Below are positions 18,877-28,196 of a stretch of 40,076 nucleotides of DNA, piece after piece. Origin of the DNA: a virus (taxonomy: Duplodnaviria; Heunggongvirae; Uroviricota; Caudoviricetes); the IMG/VR virus record IMGVR_UViG_3300022205_000001, positions 128,001 through 168,076 of that record; one strand, given 5' to 3'. A program made the position numbers and the translations under genes. The notes under the pieces are model-generated. The model was not told the DNA's origin, made no database searches, and saw only the letters and a program-made list of their open reading frames with translations. The stretch's first letter is position 1. Each line of letters begins with the position of its first letter.

Positions 18877-19335
18877 CTACTTCTCCTCAACCTCGAATGG
18901 CATGGTGGGGAACGCATCCTTCACAAGGCGAGCCGTCAAATACTTGACACCCAATTTCTTACGGAGCAATCCACACAGAAGGGCTGCTTCATCCTTATGT
19001 AAGGAGATAAGTAGGGTATACAGCAACCGATGCTCTTTCTTAGGGTCCAACTTTGCGGCTCTCTTTGGGTGTCCCTTGATAAAAATGTAGAGTCGGCGCA
19101 ACTCATTATTGAGAGTGGTAATCGTCAAGCCAGCAGGGTCAGGAGAAGGTTTATAATCAGGAATCTCTGAGATCTCAAACTGAATTCGTGGGTTGAATGC
19201 ATAGTTCAAAAATTCCTTGAACCACACATTCTCGTTCCCGTACTTTTGGAGTACAGCAATTCGCTGTTCTCGGTTATACTTCGTATCAAACTCCGCAAAA
19301 ATCTCACTGAACAACACATTGCTATACTTCGCCAT
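18877..19335 (-). CDS. Conserved T4-like hypothetical protein
   Basis: ELRRLYIF, LHKDEAALL, LVKDAFP; typical rnh neighbour. Confidence 0.75.
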   Translation of the reverse strand: MAKYSNVLFSEIFAEFDTKYNREQRIAVLQKYGNENVWFKEFLNYAFNPRIQFEISEIPDYKPSPDPAGLTITTLNNELRRLYIFIKGHPKRAAKLDPKKEHRLLYTLLISLHKDEAALLCGLLRKKLGVKYLTARLVKDAFPTMPFEVEEK

Positions 19336-19344
19336 ACATCCTCC

Positions 19345-20202
19345 CTAAAAATCACTGATCGCACTGGTTAGTTCGCGCAACCCAGATGCCGCGAGGTAAT
19401 TCAAAAATTCAGGTCTCGTGCCATGGGTCGTCTTGTCATAAGTATCTAGGATGGCAGTTTTGATCGATGCAGGAATACACCGCAGGTCAATCAATTCCTG
19501 GTTGCGTTTGTAATTCCTGAGCATATCCCCCACCGTACAAAACTCTTCGGGCGTCTTCGTCAACCACTCAACAACCTTCTTCTCATGGAGTGGCTTTTGT
19601 CTTCCACCGCTCACGAATACATCATCCGGTGAGAGGATGTTCGGAATACCATCCCCCGAATCTCCCCGAATGATATGATGCATCAACACGGTTACTGGAG
19701 CAACTTTCTCCTCCATTGTGCCCTTTTGGAATGGGGAGAATTGACGAACATCCGCAGGCGCCATCAATAACTGATTGAAGTCTTTGTCACCAGAAATAAT
19801 CGTGACGGGTGCACCCAATCCCTGTTCATAGGTCAACACGCCGATAATATCATCCGCTTCGGCTCCTGTCACTTCCAGAACTTTATAGGGAAGGTATTGC
19901 TTGAATTCTTCCCTCAATGTATCCATACAGGTGAAGATGGATTGCCAGTTGAACGGGGAGTTGTCGCGTGACTTCTTACGATTTGCTTTATAGTGCGGGA
20001 ATCGTTCCTTACGCCAATACTCTTTCGAGTCATACGCAATGACTACTTCATCCCCTTGTGTCCGGTGCTTTTTCACCTGCGACCGGATCGTGTTCAGGAT
20101 CATATGACGAACCAGCTTGATATCAGCATCCTTCTGCTTTGTCATGAGCAAGAATTCGATGGTACAGGCGTATGCTATCTGTGAAAAGTCAATAAGTAAC
20201 AT
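19345..20202 (-). CDS. rnh: T4-type RNase H (5'-3' exonuclease)
   Basis: IDFSQI, YWRK..YKANR, EADDII, SGDKDF, GDSGDGIPNI. Confidence 0.95.
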   Translation of the reverse strand: MLLIDFSQIAYACTIEFLLMTKQKDADIKLVRHMILNTIRSQVKKHRTQGDEVVIAYDSKEYWRKERFPHYKANRKKSRDNSPFNWQSIFTCMDTLREEFKQYLPYKVLEVTGAEADDIIGVLTYEQGLGAPVTIISGDKDFNQLLMAPADVRQFSPFQKGTMEEKVAPVTVLMHHIIRGDSGDGIPNILSPDDVFVSGGRQKPLHEKKVVEWLTKTPEEFCTVGDMLRNYKRNQELIDLRCIPASIKTAILDTYDKTTHGTRPEFLNYLAASGLRELTSAISDF

Positions 20203-21317
20203 TAGATCAATGCCCTCAGTATGATGGTTTTAGAATTCACTCTCCCTGTTACTTTCGCATCCTTGGTGGTCAAATCATCGAGGATATGCCGCAGGGCGAC
20301 CTTTCCCCCATTCAACACTTGCGGCAACACCTTCTCCGGCTTCCGCAGTTTCTTCGATTGGGACTTTTCTTTACAGTAGTTGAGGATTGCACAACCCTTA
20401 ACTTCAAATCCGGCATCGGTGTTAGACACATATTGGGTCAATATTCGGCTAGGAACATGATATACCCACAACGCTGACGCACCAACCACTTTCGTCGGCT
20501 CAATGGATTTCACTCGCAAGGTCTTGTCTTCCTCCATAAACTTCATCCGCTTGACTTGCATTGCAGGAGTCTTGACCTTCTTTTTCCGCGGCTTACGAGC
20601 GACAGAGGGAATCGCCGTTTTCTTCTGCAACACATCAATGATCTGACCGTAGAAAGCTTCCATCTTTCGCAATTCAACAATCGTATAGTTCTGGTACGCT
20701 TCAGATGCTTCATTCTCTTTTCTCTGCAACTTTGCATCCAATGCTGCACGATGTTCGTCTCGTTGTTTCTCGAAAAACTTCACAAGATCATGACGGTGGG
20801 TTTCGTGAAGAGGGTACAGTGACACAATTCCCTCAACATTGGGGGTGTGTTTGAAACTATCTCCAATGAACTGGTCAACCGCTGCTTCCAGGTCAGAGAA
20901 ACACTTTTCATATTCGTGCCTGGAAATGGAATCTTTCGGGGTCTTTGATACCGGTACCTCTTTGGGCTTCGGCTTTTCGGCTGGCACATACTTCAACATT
21001 TGATCGACGTGAGCATTGAACCACTGCATTGATCGATCATCAAGCTTCGCGTTTCGCGTCAAGAGCCGAGCGACAAATCCCATTGTGGCTACTTGATTAT
21101 CAATCTGTTCCCTTGTCGCAGGAATACCGTTCTCCCGGCAATACTGTTCCAGGTAATCATGAGAATCATCACTCTCCCGATTCTGATTGTACCAATTCAG
21201 TAAATGGCACAACTCCATCTTATCTAGATCCACAAGAATCTGAAGGGATGGTTCATCTTTTGCAATGATTCGCTGGATTCGACGGGCTTCTGTGAGTTTT
21301 TTCTTACGCACGATCAA
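20202..21317 (-). CDS. Conserved hypothetical protein of T4-like phages
   Basis: 371 aa; KKLRKPE and TGRVN C-terminal motifs; upstream of rnh. Confidence 0.75.
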   Translation of the reverse strand: MIVRKKKLTEARRIQRIIAKDEPSLQILVDLDKMELCHLLNWYNQNRESDDSHDYLEQYCRENGIPATREQIDNQVATMGFVARLLTRNAKLDDRSMQWFNAHVDQMLKYVPAEKPKPKEVPVSKTPKDSISRHEYEKCFSDLEAAVDQFIGDSFKHTPNVEGIVSLYPLHETHRHDLVKFFEKQRDEHRAALDAKLQRKENEASEAYQNYTIVELRKMEAFYGQIIDVLQKKTAIPSVARKPRKKKVKTPAMQVKRMKFMEEDKTLRVKSIEPTKVVGASALWVYHVPSRILTQYVSNTDAGFEVKGCAILNYCKEKSQSKKLRKPEKVLPQVLNGGKVALRHILDDLTTKDAKVTGRVNSKTIILRALI

Positions 21318-21582
21318 ACCTCTTATCCCAAATCACATGTTCAATTTTCGCACGAGTCGGCTTGATACCTTCATCTTCAAGGATCATCAAGGCCTGACCC
21401 ACTTCAAATTTCGCGTCTCTGAGGGAAGGAAAATGGTTCGTCGCATAGCAGAACACACCGTACCCCAAAACTGGATCTCCATCAATACATGAAAACGACC
21501 AACCGTGCTTGAGAGTCTTCACAATTCGCTCAAGGAAGAATCGATCCCCCTTCATGGTGATATGACATTCAAAATCAGCCAT
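21304..21582 (-). CDS. Hypothetical protein
   Basis: Tiling ORF with SD. Confidence 0.6.
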   Translation of the reverse strand: MADFECHITMKGDRFFLERIVKTLKHGWSFSCIDGDPVLGYGVFCYATNHFPSLRDAKFEVGQALMILEDEGIKPTRAKIEHVIWDKRFDRA

Positions 21583-22072
21583 GCTTCCCTCTCCATCCCC
21601 CCACCAATGAATCTACATTGAACGTCATGCAATGAACCCCCGTATCATGATCCTGAAATGTCCGGTTCTTAACGACATCATCAAACAAAAAATTTGTCGT
21701 AAGAAACTTAACATTACACCAATCAAGAAATGCCCCCTCTTTCCCTCGGAGACAGATAAACTCTGTTACATCATCAAACCGCAGTGAGTGTGCAATTTCA
21801 CTCACTGCCATCATTTCGGGCACCGTAATGACCCCATCAATCGTCACACCTAATACCTGTTCAATATTAGGGCGCAAGATCTTATTGAAATGATCTAATT
21901 CTTCTTGTGTATGGATGGCAAAACTAAAAATGAATGTTTTGATTGGAGCCGTTTCAAACTCACGAATGGAGTCTATAGACTGACGGATGGCGGCACATTT
22001 CTTGTGCAAAATCATACCAGAATTAAACGAGTCAATCACGGTGTCTTCAAGATCAAGGAATATGTTTGGCAT
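21575..22072 (-). CDS. HAD-like hypothetical protein
   Basis: IFLDLEDTVI motif I-like, LFDD motif IV-like. Confidence 0.6.
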   Translation of the reverse strand: MPNIFLDLEDTVIDSFNSGMILHKKCAAIRQSIDSIREFETAPIKTFIFSFAIHTQEELDHFNKILRPNIEQVLGVTIDGVITVPEMMAVSEIAHSLRFDDVTEFICLRGKEGAFLDWCNVKFLTTNFLFDDVVKNRTFQDHDTGVHCMTFNVDSLVGGWRGKHG

Positions 22073-22094
22073 AATAAATCTCCCACTATGCTAG

Positions 22095-22123
22095 AGTATA
22101 ACATAGTGGGAGCCTCCTGTCAA
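22095..22123 (-). promoter_or_regulatory. Sigma70 promoter TTGACA-17-TATACT embedded in an 11-bp inverted repeat
   Basis: -35 at 22118-23, -10 at 22095-100; IR 22080-90/22102-12. Confidence 0.85.
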
Positions 22124-22129
22124 GCCGTA

Positions 22130-23326
22130 TTATCCTTTCACGCATAACACCTGCCTCAACACGGCAACAACTTTGACCAGATCCTTCTGATCTTCCATCA
22201 CGGCATCAATGTCCTTGTATGCCGCAGGGATTTCATCCACCACACCTGCATCCTTACGACAGACAATTCCCGCGGTCTGCTTCTCAACATCCTCCGCGGT
22301 ATACAGTTCCTTTGCCTTTCCTCGTGACAACTGGCGTCCGGCACCATGCGAACAAGAGCAAAACGAATCAGAGTTTCCTAATCCCTGCACAATGTAGGAC
22401 CGGGTCCCCATTGAACCAGGAATGATCCCCATATCGCCCACGCGAGCCCGTACCGCACCCTTACGAGTGACAATCACGTTCTCCCCGAAATGGTTCTCCC
22501 GTTCCGCATAGTTATGGTGACAGTTTATCATGACTTCTGGGTCAATGATACCATACTTATCACCAAAGATTACTTCTGCAATCGCCTGAAGCGTCAACTT
22601 CATCATGATCTCACGGTTCTTCATGGCGTAGGACTGTGCCCACTGCAAATCGCGCCAGTACGCATCAAACAGAGGAGTACCCTCCGGCAGATACGCCAAG
22701 TCTGGGTTTTCCAGCTTGATCATGAATTGCTGCATCAACTCCTTGGCACAGTCAATGTAATAGTTCCCGATCTTGTTTCCAATTCCACGAGAACCTGAAT
22801 GCAGCATGACCCATACGTTGTTCTTTTCGTCTAAGCACACTTCGATGAAGTGGTTTCCACCACCGAGCGTACCTAACTGAGCCAGAGTCTTATCAAGCAA
22901 ACCCTTCGTAACAACTTCTGGAAGTTTGCAGTACCCAGGCATCATACCATTCCAAACAACCGCATCGTCGGTTGCCGTCTTATGCTGCCCCTGCCCAACA
23001 GGAATTGCCTTTGACAAGGCAGAAAACAAGGCATCCAATGAATCCGGTAAACGATCTGCTGAGAACGGCATCTGAGCCGCCATCATTCCGCACCCAATAT
23101 CCACACCAACCGCAGCCGGAACCAACGCACCCTTCGTCGCCACTACAGACCCAACGGTTGCACCCTTTCCATAGTGAACATCCGGCATAGCCGCTACATG
23201 CTTGAAGATGAATGGTAACGCAGCCGTCTGGCGCAATTGCACCTCAGACTGTAGATCTACATTCTTCGTCCAAATCTTGACCGGAACCGTTTGCTTCTCG
23301 CCCGTCAATACCTTTGAAATTCCCAT
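22130..23326 (-). CDS. rtcB: RtcB RNA ligase
   Basis: MPDVHYGKG, GVDIGCG, GTLGGGNHF, HSGSRG, HHNY, HGAGR, DEIPAAYK. Confidence 0.97.
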   Translation of the reverse strand: MGISKVLTGEKQTVPVKIWTKNVDLQSEVQLRQTAALPFIFKHVAAMPDVHYGKGATVGSVVATKGALVPAAVGVDIGCGMMAAQMPFSADRLPDSLDALFSALSKAIPVGQGQHKTATDDAVVWNGMMPGYCKLPEVVTKGLLDKTLAQLGTLGGGNHFIEVCLDEKNNVWVMLHSGSRGIGNKIGNYYIDCAKELMQQFMIKLENPDLAYLPEGTPLFDAYWRDLQWAQSYAMKNREIMMKLTLQAIAEVIFGDKYGIIDPEVMINCHHNYAERENHFGENVIVTRKGAVRARVGDMGIIPGSMGTRSYIVQGLGNSDSFCSCSHGAGRQLSRGKAKELYTAEDVEKQTAGIVCRKDAGVVDEIPAAYKDIDAVMEDQKDLVKVVAVLRQVLCVKG

Positions 23327-23358
23327 AACTCCCCCTTGTTGATTCTCAATGTCCTATA

Positions 23359-23406
23359 AGTCTATCAAATTTCGCAGTATTTGTCAAGACCTATAACTCA
23401 TTGTTT
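23359..23406 (-). promoter_or_regulatory. Sigma70 promoter TTGACA-17-TAGACT for rtcB with IHF-like box
   Basis: -10 at 23359-64, -35 at 23382-87, TAACTCATTGTTT at 23394-406. Confidence 0.8.
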
Positions 23407-23712
23407 TCAAAGGGTTTTCATGAATTTTCGATAGTCTTTGAATTTTCGAGCATCATGAACCACCTGCTCGTGGTACATATCCTCGGCATAGACTTGAAAT
23501 GACTTCTCAGTTGGCCATTCTCCCTCGCCACCGCACTCCTCACAATCATGTTCATGATCGAAGTTGCACCTGACGTACCCCTTACCGTCACATTCAGTGC
23601 ATTGTTCGATAACCTCGGTATCAACTTCCCCTTCAAACTCACCACGCAAGTCTTCCTGATTCAGGTCAAACCACATTCCAAATGGGATTTTCCCATAAGC
23701 ACTAGAAGACAT
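23407..23712 (-). CDS. DnaJ-type CxxCxGxG zinc-finger protein
   Basis: CTECDGKG and CEECGGEG. Confidence 0.7.
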   Translation of the reverse strand: MSSSAYGKIPFGMWFDLNQEDLRGEFEGEVDTEVIEQCTECDGKGYVRCNFDHEHDCEECGGEGEWPTEKSFQVYAEDMYHEQVVHDARKFKDYRKFMKTL

Positions 23713-23908
23713 AATTTTTCCTTGTCTTCTGATAGTGTTCAGAAATCCACTTCACCTGAGATTGAGTCAATTTCGGAGACACGAAACTGGTCACACTATT
23801 GAACAGCAATTCTTTACCTGTTCCATACACCTTCAAGTGTTGTCCAAATGATACCCAATCAAGCCCCAAATCTTTATCTGCTATCGCAGCCATTGATCCT
23901 ACCTCCAT
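23702..23908 (-). CDS. Hypothetical protein
   Basis: Tiling ORF; start may be the internal Met after GGAGG. Confidence 0.55.
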   Translation of the reverse strand: MEVGSMAAIADKDLGLDWVSFGQHLKVYGTGKELLFNSVTSFVSPKLTQSQVKWISEHYQKTRKNYVF

Positions 23909-24324
23909 TTATGTTTCATCACTTGCAGTTCGCGTTCAGCCCACTCCAATAATTTACGACCTTCTGGCATATCAAAGAATGCATAGTTTTTTTGGCGAAT
24001 GGTCTCCGCCATACACAGAATATTGAGGTAATTCTGATCGCGTGTCATCAACTGGTTTGTAATTTTTGTTACATTCTCTTCAAGATCTTTCTTTTGGAGA
24101 GTGAGTGCCTGAATCTTCTCTGTCAAATTCTCGACCTGTGCAATACGCACCTTTTCGCAAGCGTCCTCGATAGTATCGAGTTTGTTCTCCAATTTCTCTA
24201 TCGTGTTCTCCAATTGATCAATCGTCTTATATGAATCCTGAAGATCAATCCGTAGATCATGCACCATGTCTTCAAGATCATCAATTTGTTCCTCATATTG
24301 TTCAGGTGTGCAATCATCACTCAT
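23899..24324 (-). CDS. Coiled-coil hypothetical protein
   Basis: Heptad-rich; overlaps ligase stop. Confidence 0.65.
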   Translation of the reverse strand: MSDDCTPEQYEEQIDDLEDMVHDLRIDLQDSYKTIDQLENTIEKLENKLDTIEDACEKVRIAQVENLTEKIQALTLQKKDLEENVTKITNQLMTRDQNYLNILCMAETIRQKNYAFFDMPEGRKLLEWAERELQVMKHKWR

Positions 24325-25513
24325 AATCTCGCACCGCAATACCAACAGGGAAAATAGGAATCCCTTCATCGCTCAAAGTCTGGTAACGCACAGTCAATGG
24401 CTCACCAACAAAGTGTTTCCAGTCCTGCCATTGCTTCCGGCGCTTTGTATAGGTACCCTTACAGCGAACATCGAATGTGCCGTCTTCATATGACCCACCA
24501 GTCCGACTCTTTGATTGACACCGGAAAATCGCAGTTCCTTCGTCCTTTCCCTTCCCTTCCTTGCATCCTACAATCGGGAATTCTGCATCGATGAAGTCCT
24601 TATACTTTTGTAACTGATTGTCCCGATACTGGAAATTATACGGTTCATCCCCACCAGAACGAACAATGGTTCCCTCATACCCATCGGCCATGAAGATGCG
24701 GTGTTTTCGCAACAACATATCTTCATTGTCAACCAGGTATGTATCCACTAACTTAATATAGGTTGAATCGACCGGGCGGTTTTCCAATCTCCATTTCAAA
24801 TATCGATCCTTGAATCCTCCCTTTCCACTTGGTCGATCATAGTGCCAAAACTTCACATACTTCTTCAAAGAATCGAGGTCTGGATTTTTCTCGTCCTTGA
24901 TCAGGGAAATCAATTCCTGAAAGGTGATATCCCCATGGTTATACATTTCCCCATCGAGGATTTCCCCATCCTCCATGAACGACAAAAATTCTGGGTCCAT
25001 GTAGAGATTGAAATTCTTGTATTGCTTGGCTTTGCGGGACCAATAGAAAATCTTGTTACCCTTACGCTCAACTAAGCAGCGGACACCATTCAATTTTGAC
25101 TGAACAAACACAGGCCACACCAAATACTTCTTACGCTCATTATACTTTTGAGCAAGCATCGGAAGAAGCTTGGTGCCTCCAACGGAAGAGTCTACCGGTT
25201 CTGTAGTCCCTTCAACAAGTTCAGGCGCTTTTTCAGAATAGTTCTTATCGTGCTGTTTCTTCCATTTCGATTCAGCTTGCAAACAGGCCTGTTCAAATGG
25301 AGTCGTCTCGTTTGCTTTTCCGATATTCTTACCCTTATGCACCTTCTCCGTAGCAGTTTGAATCTTCCCACCCAATTGACCATGTTCAATTATAATTGTA
25401 GAATGGTCAATGAATTCCTGAACGAAAACGGACCACTGCTTCACCGTTCCCTTTGAGGAAAGACCATAAAGGATAGGAAACTTTTTTGATTTTAGATTGA
25501 TCGACATTGACAT
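24317..25513 (-). CDS. ATP-dependent DNA ligase with N-terminal WGR-like domain
   Basis: PMLA, KLNGVRC, LDGEMY, GYEGTIVR, KYKDFIDAEF, GIPIFP. Confidence 0.93.
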   Translation of the reverse strand: MSMSINLKSKKFPILYGLSSKGTVKQWSVFVQEFIDHSTIIIEHGQLGGKIQTATEKVHKGKNIGKANETTPFEQACLQAESKWKKQHDKNYSEKAPELVEGTTEPVDSSVGGTKLLPMLAQKYNERKKYLVWPVFVQSKLNGVRCLVERKGNKIFYWSRKAKQYKNFNLYMDPEFLSFMEDGEILDGEMYNHGDITFQELISLIKDEKNPDLDSLKKYVKFWHYDRPSGKGGFKDRYLKWRLENRPVDSTYIKLVDTYLVDNEDMLLRKHRIFMADGYEGTIVRSGGDEPYNFQYRDNQLQKYKDFIDAEFPIVGCKEGKGKDEGTAIFRCQSKSRTGGSYEDGTFDVRCKGTYTKRRKQWQDWKHFVGEPLTVRYQTLSDEGIPIFPVGIAVRDYE

Positions 25514-25522
25514 TATAACCTC

Positions 25523-25699
25523 TTAGAAAAATGTAATCAATTTCAACAGTATCGTGACCAATGCCAGCCCCAGGAAAAAGGGAATGACTTTAAATACAAG
25601 GGCTGAACCAAAATTTGACGTATGCATGATCAAACTCATTGTGAGATTGTATAATGCAGTCAATGTAATCACCACTAGGGTAAACGTATAAAATTCCAT
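25523..25699 (-). CDS. 58-aa two-TM membrane protein (MEFYTFTLVVITL...)
   Basis: Fills gap between genes, hydrophobic, GGGG SD. Confidence 0.6.
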   Translation of the reverse strand: MEFYTFTLVVITLTALYNLTMSLIMHTSNFGSALVFKVIPFFLGLALVTILLKLITFF

Positions 25700-25700
25700 A

Positions 25701-26645
25701 TTATCCCCTTCCGTAACGATGAACAGAAATCAGCAACTCCAACAACAACTGGTCCGCGGCTTCAGTGTCCACCTTCTCAGGAAGTGTAGACTTCGCCGAC
25801 AAGCCTTCCAGTTCATCCATCAAGTTCTCCAACACCGGAGACACCTCCTTGAAATGCAGTGAACCAGACTTCACCGCCTTCAAAAATTCAGTCTCCTTCA
25901 ACGGGTAGGTGAAATCACCCTCAGTGAGGATAGCTTTCACCTGAAAACCTGCACGAAACGCATGAGAGATAGCTTTCCAATCCACCCCCTGGTTCGTTTC
26001 CGCCTGCTTCGCCCGTTCGCCAAACTCCCTGATAAAATTCTCCAACATTGGAACATAGTGGTCGGTCGTCGCCGTCAAGGTCAACTTCTTTCCACATACA
26101 CCGTAGAATGCACGTCCTTCCGCCTCTTGCTGACCACAATGTTCGGTCGTCGGAAATGCCCATAGCACTTCCCCCACCTTCTTTTTCGGGAAAGTCTTAA
26201 GAACATCCAACACTACCCGGGCATCCGCCAAACGGCTACCCTTGATCCCATACTTCGCCGCTTGGGTTCTCGCATAGCCCACAAAAGACGAGAGTGTTCT
26301 AGTATGGAACATATGCCGCTTAGAATGCAGCAATTCCCACTCATTCGCCGCCGTGAGCCAGGCAGACTTGGGGGCATGAAGCATGTCAAGAGCCACCGTT
26401 TCCCCCTTCTTTGCTAATTCAAAGAAGTATTGCAGAGAATACAGTTCCTTGTCCACGTCTTCAGCCGTGTTTTTCTCGTTTGAATTTTGTTTTGTATTGA
26501 AAGACAAACTCTTGGGAACCTTCCCCAAAAACATATCTCTCATACTGGGCGCAAACACTCCCTTGAAATCCATGTCGGACGTAGGGGAGTTTAGCCCGTA
26601 GAGGTGTGAGCCGAACTTCATTTCTACAATCGTTGTTCTCATCAT
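25701..26645 (-). CDS. Pol-beta superfamily nucleotidyltransferase (T4 NrdC.11 / RlaP-like)
   Basis: FGSHLYGLNSPTSDMDFKG, GYARTQAAKYGIKG, DWKAISHA. Confidence 0.88.
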   Translation of the reverse strand: MMRTTIVEMKFGSHLYGLNSPTSDMDFKGVFAPSMRDMFLGKVPKSLSFNTKQNSNEKNTAEDVDKELYSLQYFFELAKKGETVALDMLHAPKSAWLTAANEWELLHSKRHMFHTRTLSSFVGYARTQAAKYGIKGSRLADARVVLDVLKTFPKKKVGEVLWAFPTTEHCGQQEAEGRAFYGVCGKKLTLTATTDHYVPMLENFIREFGERAKQAETNQGVDWKAISHAFRAGFQVKAILTEGDFTYPLKETEFLKAVKSGSLHFKEVSPVLENLMDELEGLSAKSTLPEKVDTEAADQLLLELLISVHRYGRG

Positions 26646-26651
26646 GTTATA

Positions 26652-26700
26652 ATTATAGCAAGTTTAGATGGGATTGTCAAGTAGAGGTAAGTGCTTGATT
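26652..26700 (-). promoter_or_regulatory. Consensus sigma70 promoter TTGACA-17-TATAAT with IHF-like box
   Basis: -10 at 26652-57, -35 at 26675-80, TAAGTGCTTGATT at 26688-700. Confidence 0.9.
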
Positions 26701-26712
26701 TTATTGAGGAAT

Positions 26713-26786
26713 TGGTAGACCCTGAAGGTAACGCCCCGTCGTCTTCGCCATGTCATAGCGAGATTCTACTCTTGAACTAAGGGTCC
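26713..26786 (-). tRNA. tRNA-Val(GAC)
   Basis: Cloverleaf, loop ATGACAT, CCA; non-canonical T loop. Confidence 0.85.
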
Positions 26787-26790
26787 AATT

Positions 26791-26868
26791 TGGTCCGCCT
26801 GACAGGACTCGAACCTGCATAATCCGTGGGTCGAAACCACGGTGGCTTCCAGTTGCCGTCACAGGCGG
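26791..26868 (-). tRNA. tRNA-Arg(UCG)
   Basis: Loop TTTCGAC, GGTTCGA, CCA. Confidence 0.9.
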
Positions 26869-26869
26869 A

Positions 26870-27268
26870 TTAGATCAGATAGTCTTTCCACGATTGCTCA
26901 AACATACAGTTATCAGGTGCACCACGAAACAAGGGGGCAATCTGTTCGTTTGTATATCCAGCCAATCCACAGCCGATACGAGTTACGAAAAACTTTTCAT
27001 GAGGATGCTTTTTCGCGTATTCGATAAACTCACACACATAACCGAGAATTCTATCAAGACGTAGTGTGTTCAAAGATTCATCCTTTGTAGGGATTGCGTA
27101 GGACTGTCCTGTTCGTCCTTCCCCCACACCATACTGAGCCCCATACCAATACTTAGCAAATGCCGCCGCACCCGCCCCATGTCTCCCGGCTAAATTAGAC
27201 CCAAATACGAAAATGATCTGTTGGTGTTCTCGTGGGTCTCTGCGGTCATGCTCATTATAAAATTCCAT
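26870..27268 (-). CDS. Macro-like phage protein (FVFGSN family)
   Basis: IFVFGSNLAGRHGAGAA, SYAIPT, TRIGCGLAG. Confidence 0.8.
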   Translation of the reverse strand: MEFYNEHDRRDPREHQQIIFVFGSNLAGRHGAGAAAFAKYWYGAQYGVGEGRTGQSYAIPTKDESLNTLRLDRILGYVCEFIEYAKKHPHEKFFVTRIGCGLAGYTNEQIAPLFRGAPDNCMFEQSWKDYLI

Positions 27269-27283
27269 TACCGTCCCTCAAAT

Positions 27284-27358
27284 TGGTACCCCCGGCAGGA
27301 ATCGAACCTGCGTACATCACGTTAGGACCGTGAGACCTGTCCTCTAGGATACGGAGGT
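27284..27358 (-). tRNA. tRNA-Arg(CCU)
   Basis: Loop GTCCTAA, GGTTCGA, CCA. Confidence 0.9.
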
Positions 27359-27547
27359 GTGTAGTTCTTCGCCAACAATCAACTCAACCACATCAGTATT
27401 CTGGGCAAACTTCCCATGTTTCTTACAGATAGCTTTTACAATAGTCGCCGGATTACGAGATTTAGACTTTCGTATCTGTTCCTGTACAGTCTCACGAAGT
27501 TCTCTTAGGTGCTTGGCTTCTGTTGCGGCATCTCCGAATACTAGCAT
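27344..27547 (-). CDS. Hypothetical protein; stop lies inside tRNA-Arg(CCU)
   Basis: AAGGA SD, 67 aa. Confidence 0.6.
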   Translation of the reverse strand: MLVFGDAATEAKHLRELRETVQEQIRKSKSRNPATIVKAICKKHGKFAQNTDVVELIVGEELHTSVS

Positions 27548-27551
27548 GTTG

Positions 27552-27755
27552 TCAATCCTTCATCATCGGTTTGAACCACATCAATGCTTCGGTACATTCC
27601 TCAAACATATCTGAGGTAATCTCACCTTGCAATAACTGAATATGAAACACATTCATCAAGAATGACCACTTCTGCCAAGCAAGATCGTCACGAATTTCTT
27701 CATCCGTAAAATCCCCAGGCCCTCGCAGTTGACGCTTGATTTCAGTAAGTCTCAT
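27552..27755 (-). CDS. Hypothetical protein
   Basis: GGAG SD, 67 aa. Confidence 0.6.
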   Translation of the reverse strand: MRLTEIKRQLRGPGDFTDEEIRDDLAWQKWSFLMNVFHIQLLQGEITSDMFEECTEALMWFKPMMKD

Positions 27756-27765
27756 ACATAAACTC

Positions 27766-27842
27766 CGGTGACTCGCAAAGGGGTATCGATCCCCGACCTC
27801 TCAGTCCCATACTTTGAGTGTGCTCTCCTGCACTTGCGAATC
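27766..27842 (-). ncRNA. Aberrant tRNA-like RNA (11-nt anticodon loop containing GGG; ends ACCG)
   Basis: GATTCGCA/TGCGAGTC acceptor, GTGC/GCAC D stem, GGGG-ATCGATA-CCCC T arm. Confidence 0.65.
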
Positions 27843-27845
27843 AAT

Positions 27846-27922
27846 TGGTGCCCCCAACAGGATTTGAACCTGTGTTGTTCCGCTTAGAAGGCGGATGCCT
27901 CTCCAGACTAGACTATAGGGGC
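27846..27922 (-). tRNA. tRNA-Arg(UCU)
   Basis: Loop CTTCTAA, CCA. Confidence 0.92.
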
Positions 27923-27923
27923 A

Positions 27924-28007
27924 TTATCCTGTCACTGCAAAATACATGATTATGATTGCTACAATGAACAAAAACCCATATACCCAAACTTCCAAATAGT
28001 CAATCAT
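27924..28007 (-). CDS. 27-aa single-TM peptide
   Basis: AAGGA SD; MIDYLEVWVYGFLFIVAIIIMYFAVTG. Confidence 0.5.
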   Translation of the reverse strand: MIDYLEVWVYGFLFIVAIIIMYFAVTG

Positions 28008-28019
28008 AATATTCCTTTA

Positions 28020-28112
28020 TGGAGGAGAGAGGTGGACTTGCACCACTGCCGACAATATGTCGGCCGATCCGTTTTCGAGACGGCCCCAGTTCGCTTGCCT
28101 GGTTCACTCTCC
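28020..28112 (-). tRNA. tRNA-Ser(CGA)
   Basis: Loop CTCGAAA, long V arm, CCA. Confidence 0.88.
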
Positions 28113-28184
28113 ATTAGACGGATTCAATGAATAAAATATCACAATCAACATAAACAATGCCACAAGAAATATTCCGGTACCCAT
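28104..28184 (-). CDS. 26-aa single-TM peptide; stop inside tRNA-Ser(CGA)
   Basis: AAGGAG SD; MGTGIFLVALFMLIVIFYSLNPSNGE. Confidence 0.5.
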   Translation of the reverse strand: MGTGIFLVALFMLIVIFYSLNPSNGE

Positions 28185-28196
28185 GATTCTCCTTTT

